Source: Pseudomonadota bacterium (GTDB lineage Bacteria > CALINM01). From it: a stretch of DNA of 64,000 nucleotides. Each line of letters starts with the position of its first letter. The stretch's first letter is position 1. The position numbers were made by a program, and so were the translations under genes. Where the stretch lies: positions 1 to 64,000 of the forward strand of contig JAOABK010000007.1 in assembly GCA_026418415.1 (NCBI GenBank). Direction: 5' to 3'. The notes beneath the pieces are model-generated. The model was not told where the DNA came from, did not search any database, and saw only the letters and a program-made list of their open reading frames with translations. This document shows positions 50,411 to 59,355 of the stretch, in pieces.

Positions 50411-51505
50411 TTGATTGCATTAATTAATAAATATAAAATATTTTTAATGATTTCCTCAGAATTTCAAACATTACAATTAGAAGAAACTATAAAAGAAGTT
50501 TTACCTACTGAAGAGAAAATAAAGAAGCTAACCAAAATTTTATTACAGCTCCATACAAACTACGAAATACTCAAACATTTTAACAAAACAACTGACTTTG
50601 AAGACTTCATGATGGATGCTTTAATTAAAACAAATAAGCTTTTAGGAATAGATCAGCTTTTTCTATTTCTATATGAAGATGAAGTGCTAAAACTAATATC
50701 TATGGTAACAAATAAACATCAAAATCCCAATATTCAAATAGACAAAAATAACAATTTGAGTATTTGGAATGTGATTTTTTCTGGAAAGGTCTTTATTTTA
50801 AACGATTATGATGAAATAACAAAAAAATTTTATGGTTCCTATATAAAAGTGGATAAACAAATAAAAAGTATGTTAGCAATGCCTCTATTTAATAAATCAA
50901 AAAAGGCAATAGGACTTCTTACAGCCCATAGCAAAAAAGAGAATATTTTTAACGAACACAGCCTGCCCTTTTATTTAGAATTAGCATTAGAAACATCAAA
51001 AACTTTAGAAAGATCAAGACAGTTTTCAATACTTAAAGAACTTTCATTTCTTGATGAACTTACTGGCTTATATAATAGACGCTTTGTAAATACCATACTT
51101 GAAAATGAGATTAAAAAATGTAAGAGATATGGTGGAACATTTACCTTGATTATTGCAGATATGAATAATTTTAAAAAAATTAATGATAAATATGGTCACC
51201 TAAAAGGAGATGAAGCCTTAAAAAAAGTAGCTGAAATTATTAGAACAAGGATAAGGGGTAGTGATTTAGCGGGAAGATTTGGTGGCGATGAATTTGCAAT
51301 TATTTTTTTTAATACAAGTAAAGAAAATGTAAAAAAGGTAATGGAAGACATAAACAAAAAGATAAAAGAATTGGACTTGGGGATAGAAATCCAAATTTCT
51401 TTGTCCTATGGAATTTCAAGTTTTCCAGAATCAGCAGATACACCAAAACAACTTATTGAAATAGCTGACAAAGAATTATATCAAAACAAAAAATCTTATC
51501 AATAG
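50411..51505 (+). CDS. GAF-GGDEF diguanylate cyclase (cytoplasmic)
   Basis: RFGGDEF active site with an upstream GAF-like domain. Confidence 0.8.
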   Translation: MIALINKYKIFLMISSEFQTLQLEETIKEVLPTEEKIKKLTKILLQLHTNYEILKHFNKTTDFEDFMMDALIKTNKLLGIDQLFLFLYEDEVLKLISMVTNKHQNPNIQIDKNNNLSIWNVIFSGKVFILNDYDEITKKFYGSYIKVDKQIKSMLAMPLFNKSKKAIGLLTAHSKKENIFNEHSLPFYLELALETSKTLERSRQFSILKELSFLDELTGLYNRRFVNTILENEIKKCKRYGGTFTLIIADMNNFKKINDKYGHLKGDEALKKVAEIIRTRIRGSDLAGRFGGDEFAIIFFNTSKENVKKVMEDINKKIKELDLGIEIQISLSYGISSFPESADTPKQLIEIADKELYQNKKSYQ

Positions 51506-51565
51506 TTTTGACAAATCAACATTTCTGATGTCTAATTTTATTACGAAAAAAATAGGAGGTCGACT

Positions 51566-51862
51566 ATGATTGATATTATCAAAAAAGTACTGTATGCAGG
51601 GATTGGAATCTTTGCCTTATCCGAAGAAAAGGCTAAAGAAATTATCAACGAATTAGTTAAACAAGGTGAAATCACAAGTGCAGATGCTGAAAAATTACTA
51701 AACGATATGAAATCAAAGCTTGCAGAAGCAGGGAAAACAACTGAAGATAAGATATTGAGCAAGCTAAAAGAATATTTAAATATAACAGATTTAGAAAAGA
51801 GAATTACTAAACTGGAAAAAGAAATAGAGATGTTAAAAACAGAAGATTATAAAAATTATTGA
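51566..51862 (+). CDS. Phasin-family / PHA-granule-associated-like small coiled-coil protein
   Basis: Begins LYAGIGIFALSEEKAKEIINELVKQGE, resembling the conserved head of PHA granule-associated proteins. It has a strong AGGAGG RBS. Confidence 0.4.
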   Translation: MIDIIKKVLYAGIGIFALSEEKAKEIINELVKQGEITSADAEKLLNDMKSKLAEAGKTTEDKILSKLKEYLNITDLEKRITKLEKEIEMLKTEDYKNY

Positions 51863-51887
51863 CAAATAATTATTATTAATTTAGAAT
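51859..51887 (+). promoter_or_regulatory. sigma70-type promoter (TTGACA-17-TAGAAT) with embedded palindrome ATAATTATTAT (candidate PerR/Fur-type operator)
   Basis: The -35 element is at 51859-51864 and the -10 at 51882-51887. A perfect 5-1-5 AT palindrome at 51866-51876 in the spacer resembles the PerR box TTATAATNATTATAA. Confidence 0.45.
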
Positions 51888-51899
51888 AATTTTAAATTT

Positions 51900-52307
51900 A
51901 TGAAGGATTCATTAAATAAAAAGGGTCTGAAAGCAACACCACAGAGAATGGAAATTATTAAATACCTCAATTCTACAAAATCACATCCTTCTGCAGAAGA
52001 GGTATATGTTTATATAAAAGATAAATTTCCAACGGTCTCTTTTGCTACGGTTTACAATACACTTCAGACACTTAAAAATACTGGTGATTTAAAAGAATTA
52101 TCCATAGATCCCGATAGAAAAAGATTTGATAGGGATTTAACTCCCCATAACCATTTCTTTTGTAAAATTTGTAAAAAAATCTATGATATACCTAATATTA
52201 ATGAAAAAGTTAATATTGACGCTCTAAATGATCATTTAGTTGAGGATTACTCAATTTACTATACAGGAATCTGTAAAGATTGCAAAAAAATGAACAAGGA
52301 GGAGTAA
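51900..52307 (+). CDS. perR: Fur-family peroxide regulator (PerR-like)
   Basis: Fur fold with two CxxC pairs (CKICKK, CKDCKK), heading an rbr-dfx-prx operon. Confidence 0.75.
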   Translation: MKDSLNKKGLKATPQRMEIIKYLNSTKSHPSAEEVYVYIKDKFPTVSFATVYNTLQTLKNTGDLKELSIDPDRKRFDRDLTPHNHFFCKICKKIYDIPNINEKVNIDALNDHLVEDYSIYYTGICKDCKKMNKEE

Positions 52308-52308
52308 A

Positions 52309-52803
52309 ATGGGAAACACAGAAAAAAATTTAAAAGATGCCTTTGCTGGTGAGTCACAGGCAAACAGGAAATATCTTGCTTTCGCAAAGAAGGCTGAAGA
52401 AGAGGGTTATATCTCAATAGCTAAGCTTTTCAAAGCAGCAGCTGAAGCAGAGACAATTCATGCCCACAACCATCTAAAAGAACTCGGTGGAATAAAATCC
52501 ACAAGGGAAAATTTGCTTGAAGCAATAAACGGAGAAACCTTTGAGTTTCAGAATATGTATCCAAAAATGATTGAAGAGGCCAAAGCAGAAAACATGAGTG
52601 GAGCTATGAGGAGTTTTAACTATGCAAACGAAGTAGAAAAGGTTCATGCTCAACTTTTTAAAAAGGCTCTCGAAAACATAGATAAGAAAGAAAATATTGA
52701 TTACTATGTCTGTCCTGTATGCGGGAATACCTTTGAAAATGAAGTCCCAGATAAATGTCCTATTTGCAATGCTTTAAAAAAGTTTTTTATAAAAATAGAA
52801 TAA
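52309..52803 (+). CDS. rbr: Rubrerythrin (diiron domain + C-terminal rubredoxin-like CxxC...CxxC)
   Basis: ExxH diiron motifs plus CPVCG...CPICN. Confidence 0.85.
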   Translation: MGNTEKNLKDAFAGESQANRKYLAFAKKAEEEGYISIAKLFKAAAEAETIHAHNHLKELGGIKSTRENLLEAINGETFEFQNMYPKMIEEAKAENMSGAMRSFNYANEVEKVHAQLFKKALENIDKKENIDYYVCPVCGNTFENEVPDKCPICNALKKFFIKIE

Positions 52804-52815
52804 AGGAGGAATAAA

Positions 52816-53196
52816 ATGGCTGAAAAATTTGAAATTTACAAATGTGAAATCTGTGGAAACATCGTAGAGGTATTACATGGAGGTGCAGGTTCGCTTGTTT
52901 GTTGTGGACAACCAATGAAATTAATGACTGAGAACACTGTCGATGCCTCTAAGGAAAAACATGTACCTGTTTACGAAAAAAATGGAAATACAGTAACGGT
53001 AAAAGTTGGATCCGTCCCACACCCAATGGAAGAAAAACATTATATTGAATGGGTTCAAGTAATTACAGAAAATGGCAAATCCTATAGACAATTCTTATGC
53101 CCTGGTATGGCACCTGAAGCAACATTTGAAATACCAGAAAACATAGCAAAAGTAAGAGAATATTGTAATATTCATTTGCTTTGGTCAACAAAATAG
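52816..53196 (+). CDS. dfx: Desulfoferrodoxin (2Fe superoxide reductase)
   Basis: N-terminal desulforedoxin CEICGN...CCG and a C-terminal SOR domain with the H...H...C...H pattern. Confidence 0.85.
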   Translation: MAEKFEIYKCEICGNIVEVLHGGAGSLVCCGQPMKLMTENTVDASKEKHVPVYEKNGNTVTVKVGSVPHPMEEKHYIEWVQVITENGKSYRQFLCPGMAPEATFEIPENIAKVREYCNIHLLWSTK

Positions 53197-53199
53197 GAG

Positions 53200-53820
53200 G
53201 TGATAATTATGTGCGGGATTGGTCAGGCATGTATAAGTGTTGGTCAGCAGGTTCCAAATTTTGAAATTGAAACCTATGATCCACAAAAAAAGGATTTTTC
53301 TAAAATCTCCCTTGATGATATTAAGGCAAAAAGGCAATGGCTAATATTATTTTTTTATCCAGCAGATTTTACCTTTGTCTGCCCCACTGAACTTGATGAT
53401 TTGGCAAAAGTTTACGATGAATTAAAGGCTATGGGATGTGAAGTAGTATCAATTAGCACAGACACAAAATTCAGTCATTTAGCCTGGCATAGAGATGAAC
53501 TTTTACTAAAAGATGTAAGATATCCTATGGGTGCTGACCCAACAGGAAAGGTATCCCGTCTCTTTGGTGTATATGATGAAAATACAGGCCTTGCTTTAAG
53601 AGGTACTTTTATAATTAATCCAGATGGAAAATTAGTTGCTTCTGAAGTTAATTTTTATAATGTTGGAAGAAATGCTGAAGAATTACTTAGAAAGATGAAA
53701 GCAAATATCTACCTCTCTACACATCCAGACGAAGCATGTCCAGCAAGATGGAACACTGGACAAAAAACACTTAAACCTTCCGCAGAGATTGTTGGCAAGG
53801 TATACGAAGCATTAAAATAA
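53200..53820 (+). CDS. 2-Cys peroxiredoxin (AhpC/Prx1 family)
   Basis: Peroxidatic Cys in FTFVCPTE and resolving Cys near the C-terminus. Confidence 0.85.
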   Translation: MIIMCGIGQACISVGQQVPNFEIETYDPQKKDFSKISLDDIKAKRQWLILFFYPADFTFVCPTELDDLAKVYDELKAMGCEVVSISTDTKFSHLAWHRDELLLKDVRYPMGADPTGKVSRLFGVYDENTGLALRGTFIINPDGKLVASEVNFYNVGRNAEELLRKMKANIYLSTHPDEACPARWNTGQKTLKPSAEIVGKVYEALK

Positions 53821-53823
53821 TTC

Positions 53824-53856
53824 AAATAGGGTGCCAGCTTCACTGGCATCCTATTT
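53824..53856. terminator. Bidirectional stem-loop between convergent prx and VWA genes
   Basis: aaatagggtgccag-cttca-ctggcatcctattt forms a 14-bp stem with one G:U pair, flanked by A/T runs on both sides. Confidence 0.45.
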
Positions 53857-54660
53857 GTAAATTAATTTCCTTATATCGCCTTTTAAAACATCGGAGAGCT
53901 TGTAGTATTCAGCCTCCATTTCTTTTGCTAAATCTTTAGCATAGGGATAAGATATCCAGGTGGGATCGGTGTCTATAACAATTTTTTTTATGTCTTTGTT
54001 TCTTAATTCTTTAGCAAACAATAGAGCTTCTTCAAAGGGATCTCCACTTCCCATTGAAATATTTGCTCTTCCATCTGTAAAAAAGATTACTACTTTTTGA
54101 TTATCCTTAAATTTTATACTTTCTTTTTTAATAACATCAATTGATCTTTTAATAGAGAATGATAGAGGGGTCTTACCACCAGTCTTTATATCCACCAGTT
54201 TCTTCCTTGCTAAATTCATACTTTTAGTAAAGGGCAACACTATATCAGCATTAAGACCCCTAAAAGTAATCATCCCTACCCTTTCTCTATTTAAATAGGC
54301 ATCTTTTAAAAGATTGAACACTATCCCCTTAGTTTGACTCATTAATTCTTCAACACCCATAGAACCAGAAGCATCAACAATAAATAAAATTGAAGTACCC
54401 TGTTTACCAACAAATCTCTTTGCTCGAAGGATATCTTTATTAATTGTCTCTTTTTTTTGATTTTCTATTATTTTGTTTTTTATAGTAGCAAAAAAATCAA
54501 TACTATCGTGTATACCAGTAAATTTCCTGCTACCTCTATGACGCCCTTTATCTTTTTCCTGCTTCTTTCTTTTAATAATGAAATTTGCTCTTAAATATTT
54601 AATTTCAGAATCTTTACCACCTTTTACTTCTTCTAATTCCGATGACCTTCTATTAAATTT
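53851..54660 (-). CDS. VWA (MIDAS) domain protein, ChlD-C-terminal-like; ORF has no start codon upstream of the track's ATG and is open to 54696
   Basis: Extending the track ORF upstream in frame gives ...[17 protein letters not shown] (the DxSxS MIDAS motif), which lies before the annotated ATG. There is no ATG, GTG or TTG in frame between 54360 and the stop at 54697. The frame overlaps the 3' end of the ChlI-like gene. Confidence 0.6.
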   Translation of the reverse strand, partial: KFNRRSSELEEVKGGKDSEIKYLRANFIIKRKKQEKDKGRHRGSRKFTGIHDSIDFFATIKNKIIENQKKETINKDILRAKRFVGKQGTSILFIVDASGSMGVEELMSQTKGIVFNLLKDAYLNRERVGMITFRGLNADIVLPFTKSMNLARKKLVDIKTGGKTPLSFSIKRSIDVIKKESIKFKDNQKVVIFFTDGRANISMGSGDPFEEALLFAKELRNKDIKKIVIDTDPTWISYPYAKDLAKEMEAEYYKLSDVLKGDIRKLIYK

Positions 54661-55745
54661 TTTTTTTCTATTATATAAGTTAGATCCCGTTCTTCTTTAT
54701 CCTCAAAATCCTTAATAATTTTATGAAGGTTTTCCTCAAGCTCCCTGATAGATTTCTCTTCATCAAGTGGATTCTTGACAAGTCTATGTAAAAAAACAAA
54801 ATAAGAAACTTCAAGAAAATCCTTTGGCAATACATAATCCCTACCATTCCATGATGCAAAAGCTTTACCAGCTTTTAAAATAATAGTATCAGCTCTATGG
54901 CCTGCAACATCTGCTAAAATACACATTTTGCTAATAAGTTCATAGTACCATTCTTTTTCATCTACTTTCTTTAATAACCTTCTTGCCTTCAAAATCTGCT
55001 TACCTATTCTTCTATCTAAGACTCCCCATTTTTTAATAAATGCCTTTGGATTCCTTTCAAAACTTATCCTTCTTTTTATTATCTCCTTTCTTATCTCAAT
55101 GTCCTTGACGGTTTCAACCTCAACACATAAGCCAAACCTATCAAGCAATTGAGGTCTTAATTCGCCTTCCTCGGGATTCATCGTACCAATTAGTACGAAC
55201 CTGCTGGGATGGGAAAAAGATATGCCCTCTCTTTCAACTATATTTATTCCCATAGCAGAGACATCAAGAAGTTCATCAACAATATGGTCTTCAAGTAGAT
55301 TAACCTCATCAATATATAAGATCCCTCTATTCGCCTGTGCAAGAAGCCCCGGTTCAAAATGCTTTTTGCCATCCTTCAAAATTTTTTCAATATTTATTGT
55401 TCCAAGCAATCTATCTTCTGTTATACCTAACGGTACATTAACAATTTTTATTTGTGTCCTTTCTGAATTTAACTGACCAGAAATTTCATATCTTTCCCTA
55501 CAGTTATCACACATTTCAAATACATTTTTGGGATTACAATTAAAGGGACATCCAGAGACTACTTCAATAGGTGGAAGTAGTGATGCTAACGCTCTTACAG
55601 CTGTTGATTTTGCTGTACCCTTTTCCCCTTTTATTAGGACACCACCAATTGTTGGGTCAATAACATTTAAGAGAATGGCAAGCTTCATTCTCTCCTGACC
55701 CACAATTGCTGAAAAAGGAAAATTTAGATTAGATTTAATGCTCAT
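54633..55745 (-). CDS. ChlI/BchI-like AAA+ ATPase (Mg-chelatase-like) with Cys4 insertion
   Basis: Walker [10 protein letters not shown], Walker [10 protein letters not shown], and an inserted CPFNC...CDNC segment. Confidence 0.8.
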   Translation of the reverse strand: MSIKSNLNFPFSAIVGQERMKLAILLNVIDPTIGGVLIKGEKGTAKSTAVRALASLLPPIEVVSGCPFNCNPKNVFEMCDNCRERYEISGQLNSERTQIKIVNVPLGITEDRLLGTINIEKILKDGKKHFEPGLLAQANRGILYIDEVNLLEDHIVDELLDVSAMGINIVEREGISFSHPSRFVLIGTMNPEEGELRPQLLDRFGLCVEVETVKDIEIRKEIIKRRISFERNPKAFIKKWGVLDRRIGKQILKARRLLKKVDEKEWYYELISKMCILADVAGHRADTIILKAGKAFASWNGRDYVLPKDFLEVSYFVFLHRLVKNPLDEEKSIRELEENLHKIIKDFEDKEERDLTYIIEKKNLIEGHRN

Positions 55746-55755
55746 ACAAAGGAAA

Positions 55756-55838
55756 TGCCGAAGGCGGGACTCGAACCCGCACGGTTCATCACCACTACCC
55801 CCTCAAGATAGCGTGTCTGCCAATTCCACCACTTCGGC
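55756..55838 (-). tRNA. tRNA-Leu (anticodon GAG), class II with long variable arm; CCA not encoded
   Basis: The minus strand reads GCCGAAGTGGTGGAATTGGCAGACACGCTATCTTGAGGGGGTAGTG...GGGTTCGAGTCCCGCCTTCGGCA. Acceptor and T-arm pairing hold, the anticodon loop is TTGAGGG, and the transcript is 83 nt. Confidence 0.8.
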
Positions 55839-55845
55839 TTTTTAA

Positions 55846-56223
55846 TTATTTAAATTCCGCCTTAAAAAGCGGTAATTTATATACTATATTATTATGTTCC
55901 TTCTCTAAAGTCAATTGAGGAACATTCAAGGCTAATTTCCCATCCCTGTATTCAGCAAAACTTTTAGTTTCATGAAGCCCATAAGCAACTCCTAAAAGGG
56001 TACCAACAAGAACCCCTCCACCAATCTTTGAGCCTGCATCGTCACTATCAATCGCTACTAAAGCAGCACCAACCAATGCTCCAATAGCAGCACCATAAAT
56101 AGCATCAGTAAAAATTACTTCTCCACTTGTACCCCTTCTTGTTAACTCCCTACTAAAAGCAACATTGTTCATACTAAAGAAAAAGAAAAACATAAGAAAG
56201 AGACAAATAATTTTTTTATTCAT
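55846..56223 (-). CDS. Glycine-zipper (YMGG/17-kDa-antigen-like) small secreted protein
   Basis: Signal peptide and a GAAIGALVGAALVAI...GGGVLVGTLLGVAYG Gly-zipper core. Confidence 0.5.
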   Translation of the reverse strand: MNKKIICLFLMFFFFFSMNNVAFSRELTRRGTSGEVIFTDAIYGAAIGALVGAALVAIDSDDAGSKIGGGVLVGTLLGVAYGLHETKSFAEYRDGKLALNVPQLTLEKEHNNIVYKLPLFKAEFK

Positions 56224-56307
56224 AACTCAATACTTTAATCAATCATTACCGTCTATGTCAAGCCAAAATTAAATTATGCCATTATAATCAAAGCTTAAAG
56301 ATAGAAT

Positions 56308-56730
56308 TTATTCTACTAAAACTTCAAAGCTAACCTTATCTTTCAAGTTATCCTTTTTTAAATTTACTATCACTTCCCACTTACCCCTCATTTCAAAATC
56401 TAATTTCGTCACTTCATAAATGCCTGTTTCTCTTTCTTTTATCACCGGCGAAGAAGAGCTATAATGACCGTGTTCATTCATCCATAAAAGAATTTCTACT
56501 TTAGCTGATTTTACAGGATTTCTGTCTTTATCATAAATTTCTAAAATAGCATTATTATTCCCAGTGGTAATCCTTGAATCTAAAAAAATAAACTTAACAT
56601 AAAAACTACCCCTATTTGTTTTTAAATCAAAAACTTTATTCTTCTCCTTTTCTTTAGAGTTTGCATAGGAATTGAAAATAAAAAAAATGATTAAAAAATA
56701 AATGGAATACCTACTCATTTTGTCCCCCAT
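56308..56730 (-). CDS. Hypothetical periplasmic beta-sandwich-like protein (YtkA/FixH-like?), last gene of the ABC transporter operon
   Basis: Signal peptide and a WMNEHGH motif. It overlaps the permease gene by 16 bp. Confidence 0.35.
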   Translation of the reverse strand: MGDKMSRYSIYFLIIFFIFNSYANSKEKEKNKVFDLKTNRGSFYVKFIFLDSRITTGNNNAILEIYDKDRNPVKSAKVEILLWMNEHGHYSSSSPVIKERETGIYEVTKLDFEMRGKWEVIVNLKKDNLKDKVSFEVLVE

Positions 56731-57542
56731 CTTACCGCAATAAAATGTTCTAAATATCCAAAAATAAGCTTATCAAAAAATAATCCTATGCCAATTATTA
56801 TCAGCATAGCAGATATGACCATTGCCATGTCATGCAATTCCCTCCCCATAGTTAGAATAGACCCCAATCCAGCACTTACATAAAGGAGTTCAGCTGCCAT
56901 TAATGACCTCCAAGCAAAGGTCCATCCAAGCCTTGCACCAGTTAAAATATATGGGAGAGAAGCAGGGACAAGAACGTGGGTATAAAGTTTAATCTTACTT
57001 GCTCCTAATACCTGAGCTGCCTTAAGTAGTATGGGTGAAATTGAAATCACCCCATCTCTCACCGTTAGTGTGATTGAAAGAATAGATCCCATAATTATTA
57101 CAAATTGAATAGCTATTTCATTTAATCCAAACCATAAAATAGCAAGAGGAAGCCAACATATACTTGGTAATGCCTGCAAACCTAAAGAAAGTGAGCCTAT
57201 GGTCTCATCCATCCATTTTATTCTTCCTAAACAAAGCCCCAAGGGTAATCCTATAATTAATGATATTAAATAACCAATTAATAGCCTTTTCATACTTGCG
57301 TAAATTGCGTAGACAAAACTTTTGTCACTTATTCCATTCCATAAGGTTACCAATACTTCTAAAGGCGTAGGAAAAAGAAAATGTTTTAGTGTTTCCAAAT
57401 TTGCAAAAAGATGCCAAATCAGAACAAGAAAACCATAAAAAAGTAGTTTTAAAGCAACTGATTTAAACCTTTGGGTTCTTAAGTCGTTCTCTCTTTCTTT
57501 CTCTACTTTGCTAACAACCCTGCTTGGTTCAAGGTTACTCAA
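56715..57542 (-). CDS. ABC transporter permease (NitT/TauT family)
   Basis: Polytopic permease with an EAA-like motif. Confidence 0.7.
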   Translation of the reverse strand: MSNLEPSRVVSKVEKERENDLRTQRFKSVALKLLFYGFLVLIWHLFANLETLKHFLFPTPLEVLVTLWNGISDKSFVYAIYASMKRLLIGYLISLIIGLPLGLCLGRIKWMDETIGSLSLGLQALPSICWLPLAILWFGLNEIAIQFVIIMGSILSITLTVRDGVISISPILLKAAQVLGASKIKLYTHVLVPASLPYILTGARLGWTFAWRSLMAAELLYVSAGLGSILTMGRELHDMAMVISAMLIIIGIGLFFDKLIFGYLEHFIAVRWGTK

Positions 57543-57545
57543 TTC

Positions 57546-58319
57546 TTATATTACCTCCTCAGAAACTTTAAGAACCTCCTCCTTTAAATCATCTCTTATT
57601 ATCCTTGCAATATCAATAAGTTCATTATCTTCTATATGTCTTGGTCTTGGCAAATCGATCTTATACTCCCTTTTTATTTTACCGTCCCTTGCTGTCATTA
57701 AGATAACCCTACTTCCAAGTCTTACAGCTTCTCTAACATTATGGGTTACAAAAATTATCGTTTTGCCCGTTTCAAGCCATAGTATTTCAAGTTCTTCATG
57801 TAACATATCCCTTGTTTGAGCATCAAGTGCTGCAAAAGGTTCATCCATTAACAAAACATTCGGATCAAGAGCCAAAGCTCTTGCAAGCGCTACTCTTTGT
57901 TTCATGCCACCTGAAAGTTCGTGTATCCAAGACTTTTCAAATTTAGAAAGTTTAACAATTCTAAGTAAGGCTCTTGCCCTCTCATAACTCTCTTCCTTTA
58001 AAAGTCCTGCCATTCTCAATCCAAATGCAACATTTTGAATAACATTCAACCAGGGAAACAGGGCAGGCTCCTGAAATATTAAAACTCGATCAGTTCCAGG
58101 CCCCTTTATTGGCATATCATCGATTAGAACTTCCCCATCGTCAACATTTGTCAAGCCAGCAACTACATTTAAAAAAGTAGATTTTCCACATCCAGAAGGC
58201 CCAACAATGCATAAAAACTCTCCATCTTCAATTGTTAGATTAACATTATTTAAAGCGTGCACAACACCGGTTTTGCCTAAAAATATTTTATTAACATTTA
58301 TTAAGTCAATCTTAGGCAT
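57546..58319 (-). CDS. ABC transporter ATP-binding protein (NitT/TauT family)
   Basis: Walker A GPSGCGKST and signature LSGGMKQR. Confidence 0.8.
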   Translation of the reverse strand: MPKIDLINVNKIFLGKTGVVHALNNVNLTIEDGEFLCIVGPSGCGKSTFLNVVAGLTNVDDGEVLIDDMPIKGPGTDRVLIFQEPALFPWLNVIQNVAFGLRMAGLLKEESYERARALLRIVKLSKFEKSWIHELSGGMKQRVALARALALDPNVLLMDEPFAALDAQTRDMLHEELEILWLETGKTIIFVTHNVREAVRLGSRVILMTARDGKIKREYKIDLPRPRHIEDNELIDIARIIRDDLKEEVLKVSEEVI

Positions 58320-58320
58320 T

Positions 58321-59316
58321 TTAGTTTATCTGCTTTTTCCCCATATTCTTTAAAACTTTATTTAAAATAGAAAGGTCTAATATTTCATTTAAATTTGTTT
58401 TATCATTTTTTGGTAAATAACCCAAATCTTTTGCCCTTTCAGCGGATTTAAAAATTGAATATGGAGCTGGATCGTATGTAAAAGTAACTTTTGTGAATGC
58501 TTCATCTAAAACTTTATCTGGTATTGGCTTGTAAATAACTTTAGCAATTGACTGATTTATTAATTTCTTTGCCATTGAGTGATTCTTATTAATCCAATCT
58601 GTAATGTTAACATGAGCCTTTAAAAAATTCTCAACTAATTTATAATTCTTATCCAAAAACTCCTTTCTTACAACTAACACAGCTGTTGCAAAGTTACCAT
58701 TTGGCCACAAACTCCTCTCATCTAAAAATATCTTTCCATTAGCTTCCTGTATTAACCTTGTTGCCCATGGCTCTGGCACCCATGCACCATCTATTGATTC
58801 CTTTTTGAATAATAACAATATATCTGGATTTTTTACATTATTAACTTTTACATCTTTATTTATTACAAGCCCTTTTGATTTTAGCCAGTATTTCAATGCA
58901 ACATCTTGAGTATTACCCAGCTCAGGAGATGCAAGGTTTTTACCTATTAAATCTTTTTCATTTTTTATATTTAAATCTCCTCTAATCACAAAACTCGCGC
59001 CTCCATTTGCCACACCCGATATTATTTTTAAAGCAGTACCTTTGCTTCTTAAAAAAGCATTAACAGCGGGGTTGGTACCTACAAAGGAAATATCAATCTC
59101 ACCAGAAAGAAGTGCCTCCATAGCTGAAGGCCCAGCATTAAAGGCTTTCCACTCAATTTTTGTACCTGTAAACCTTTCATATTCCCCATTTTCCATGCCA
59201 ATTAAAGCCTGTGCATGTGTAAAATTGGGGAAAAAGGCAACCCTTATTTTTTCTTCAGCGAAGACATTTCCAATCATGTTAAAAACTAACAATAGAAAAA
59301 AAATTATCCCTTTCAT
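58321..59316 (-). CDS. ABC transporter substrate-binding protein (NMT1/THI5-SsuA-like)
   Basis: Signal peptide and a type-II periplasmic binding fold of about 310 aa. Confidence 0.65.
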   Translation of the reverse strand: MKGIIFFLLLVFNMIGNVFAEEKIRVAFFPNFTHAQALIGMENGEYERFTGTKIEWKAFNAGPSAMEALLSGEIDISFVGTNPAVNAFLRSKGTALKIISGVANGGASFVIRGDLNIKNEKDLIGKNLASPELGNTQDVALKYWLKSKGLVINKDVKVNNVKNPDILLLFKKESIDGAWVPEPWATRLIQEANGKIFLDERSLWPNGNFATAVLVVRKEFLDKNYKLVENFLKAHVNITDWINKNHSMAKKLINQSIAKVIYKPIPDKVLDEAFTKVTFTYDPAPYSIFKSAERAKDLGYLPKNDKTNLNEILDLSILNKVLKNMGKKQIN

Positions 59317-59355
59317 TTCAAGCCCCCAAAATTAAGTTAATTATAACAAAAAAAA

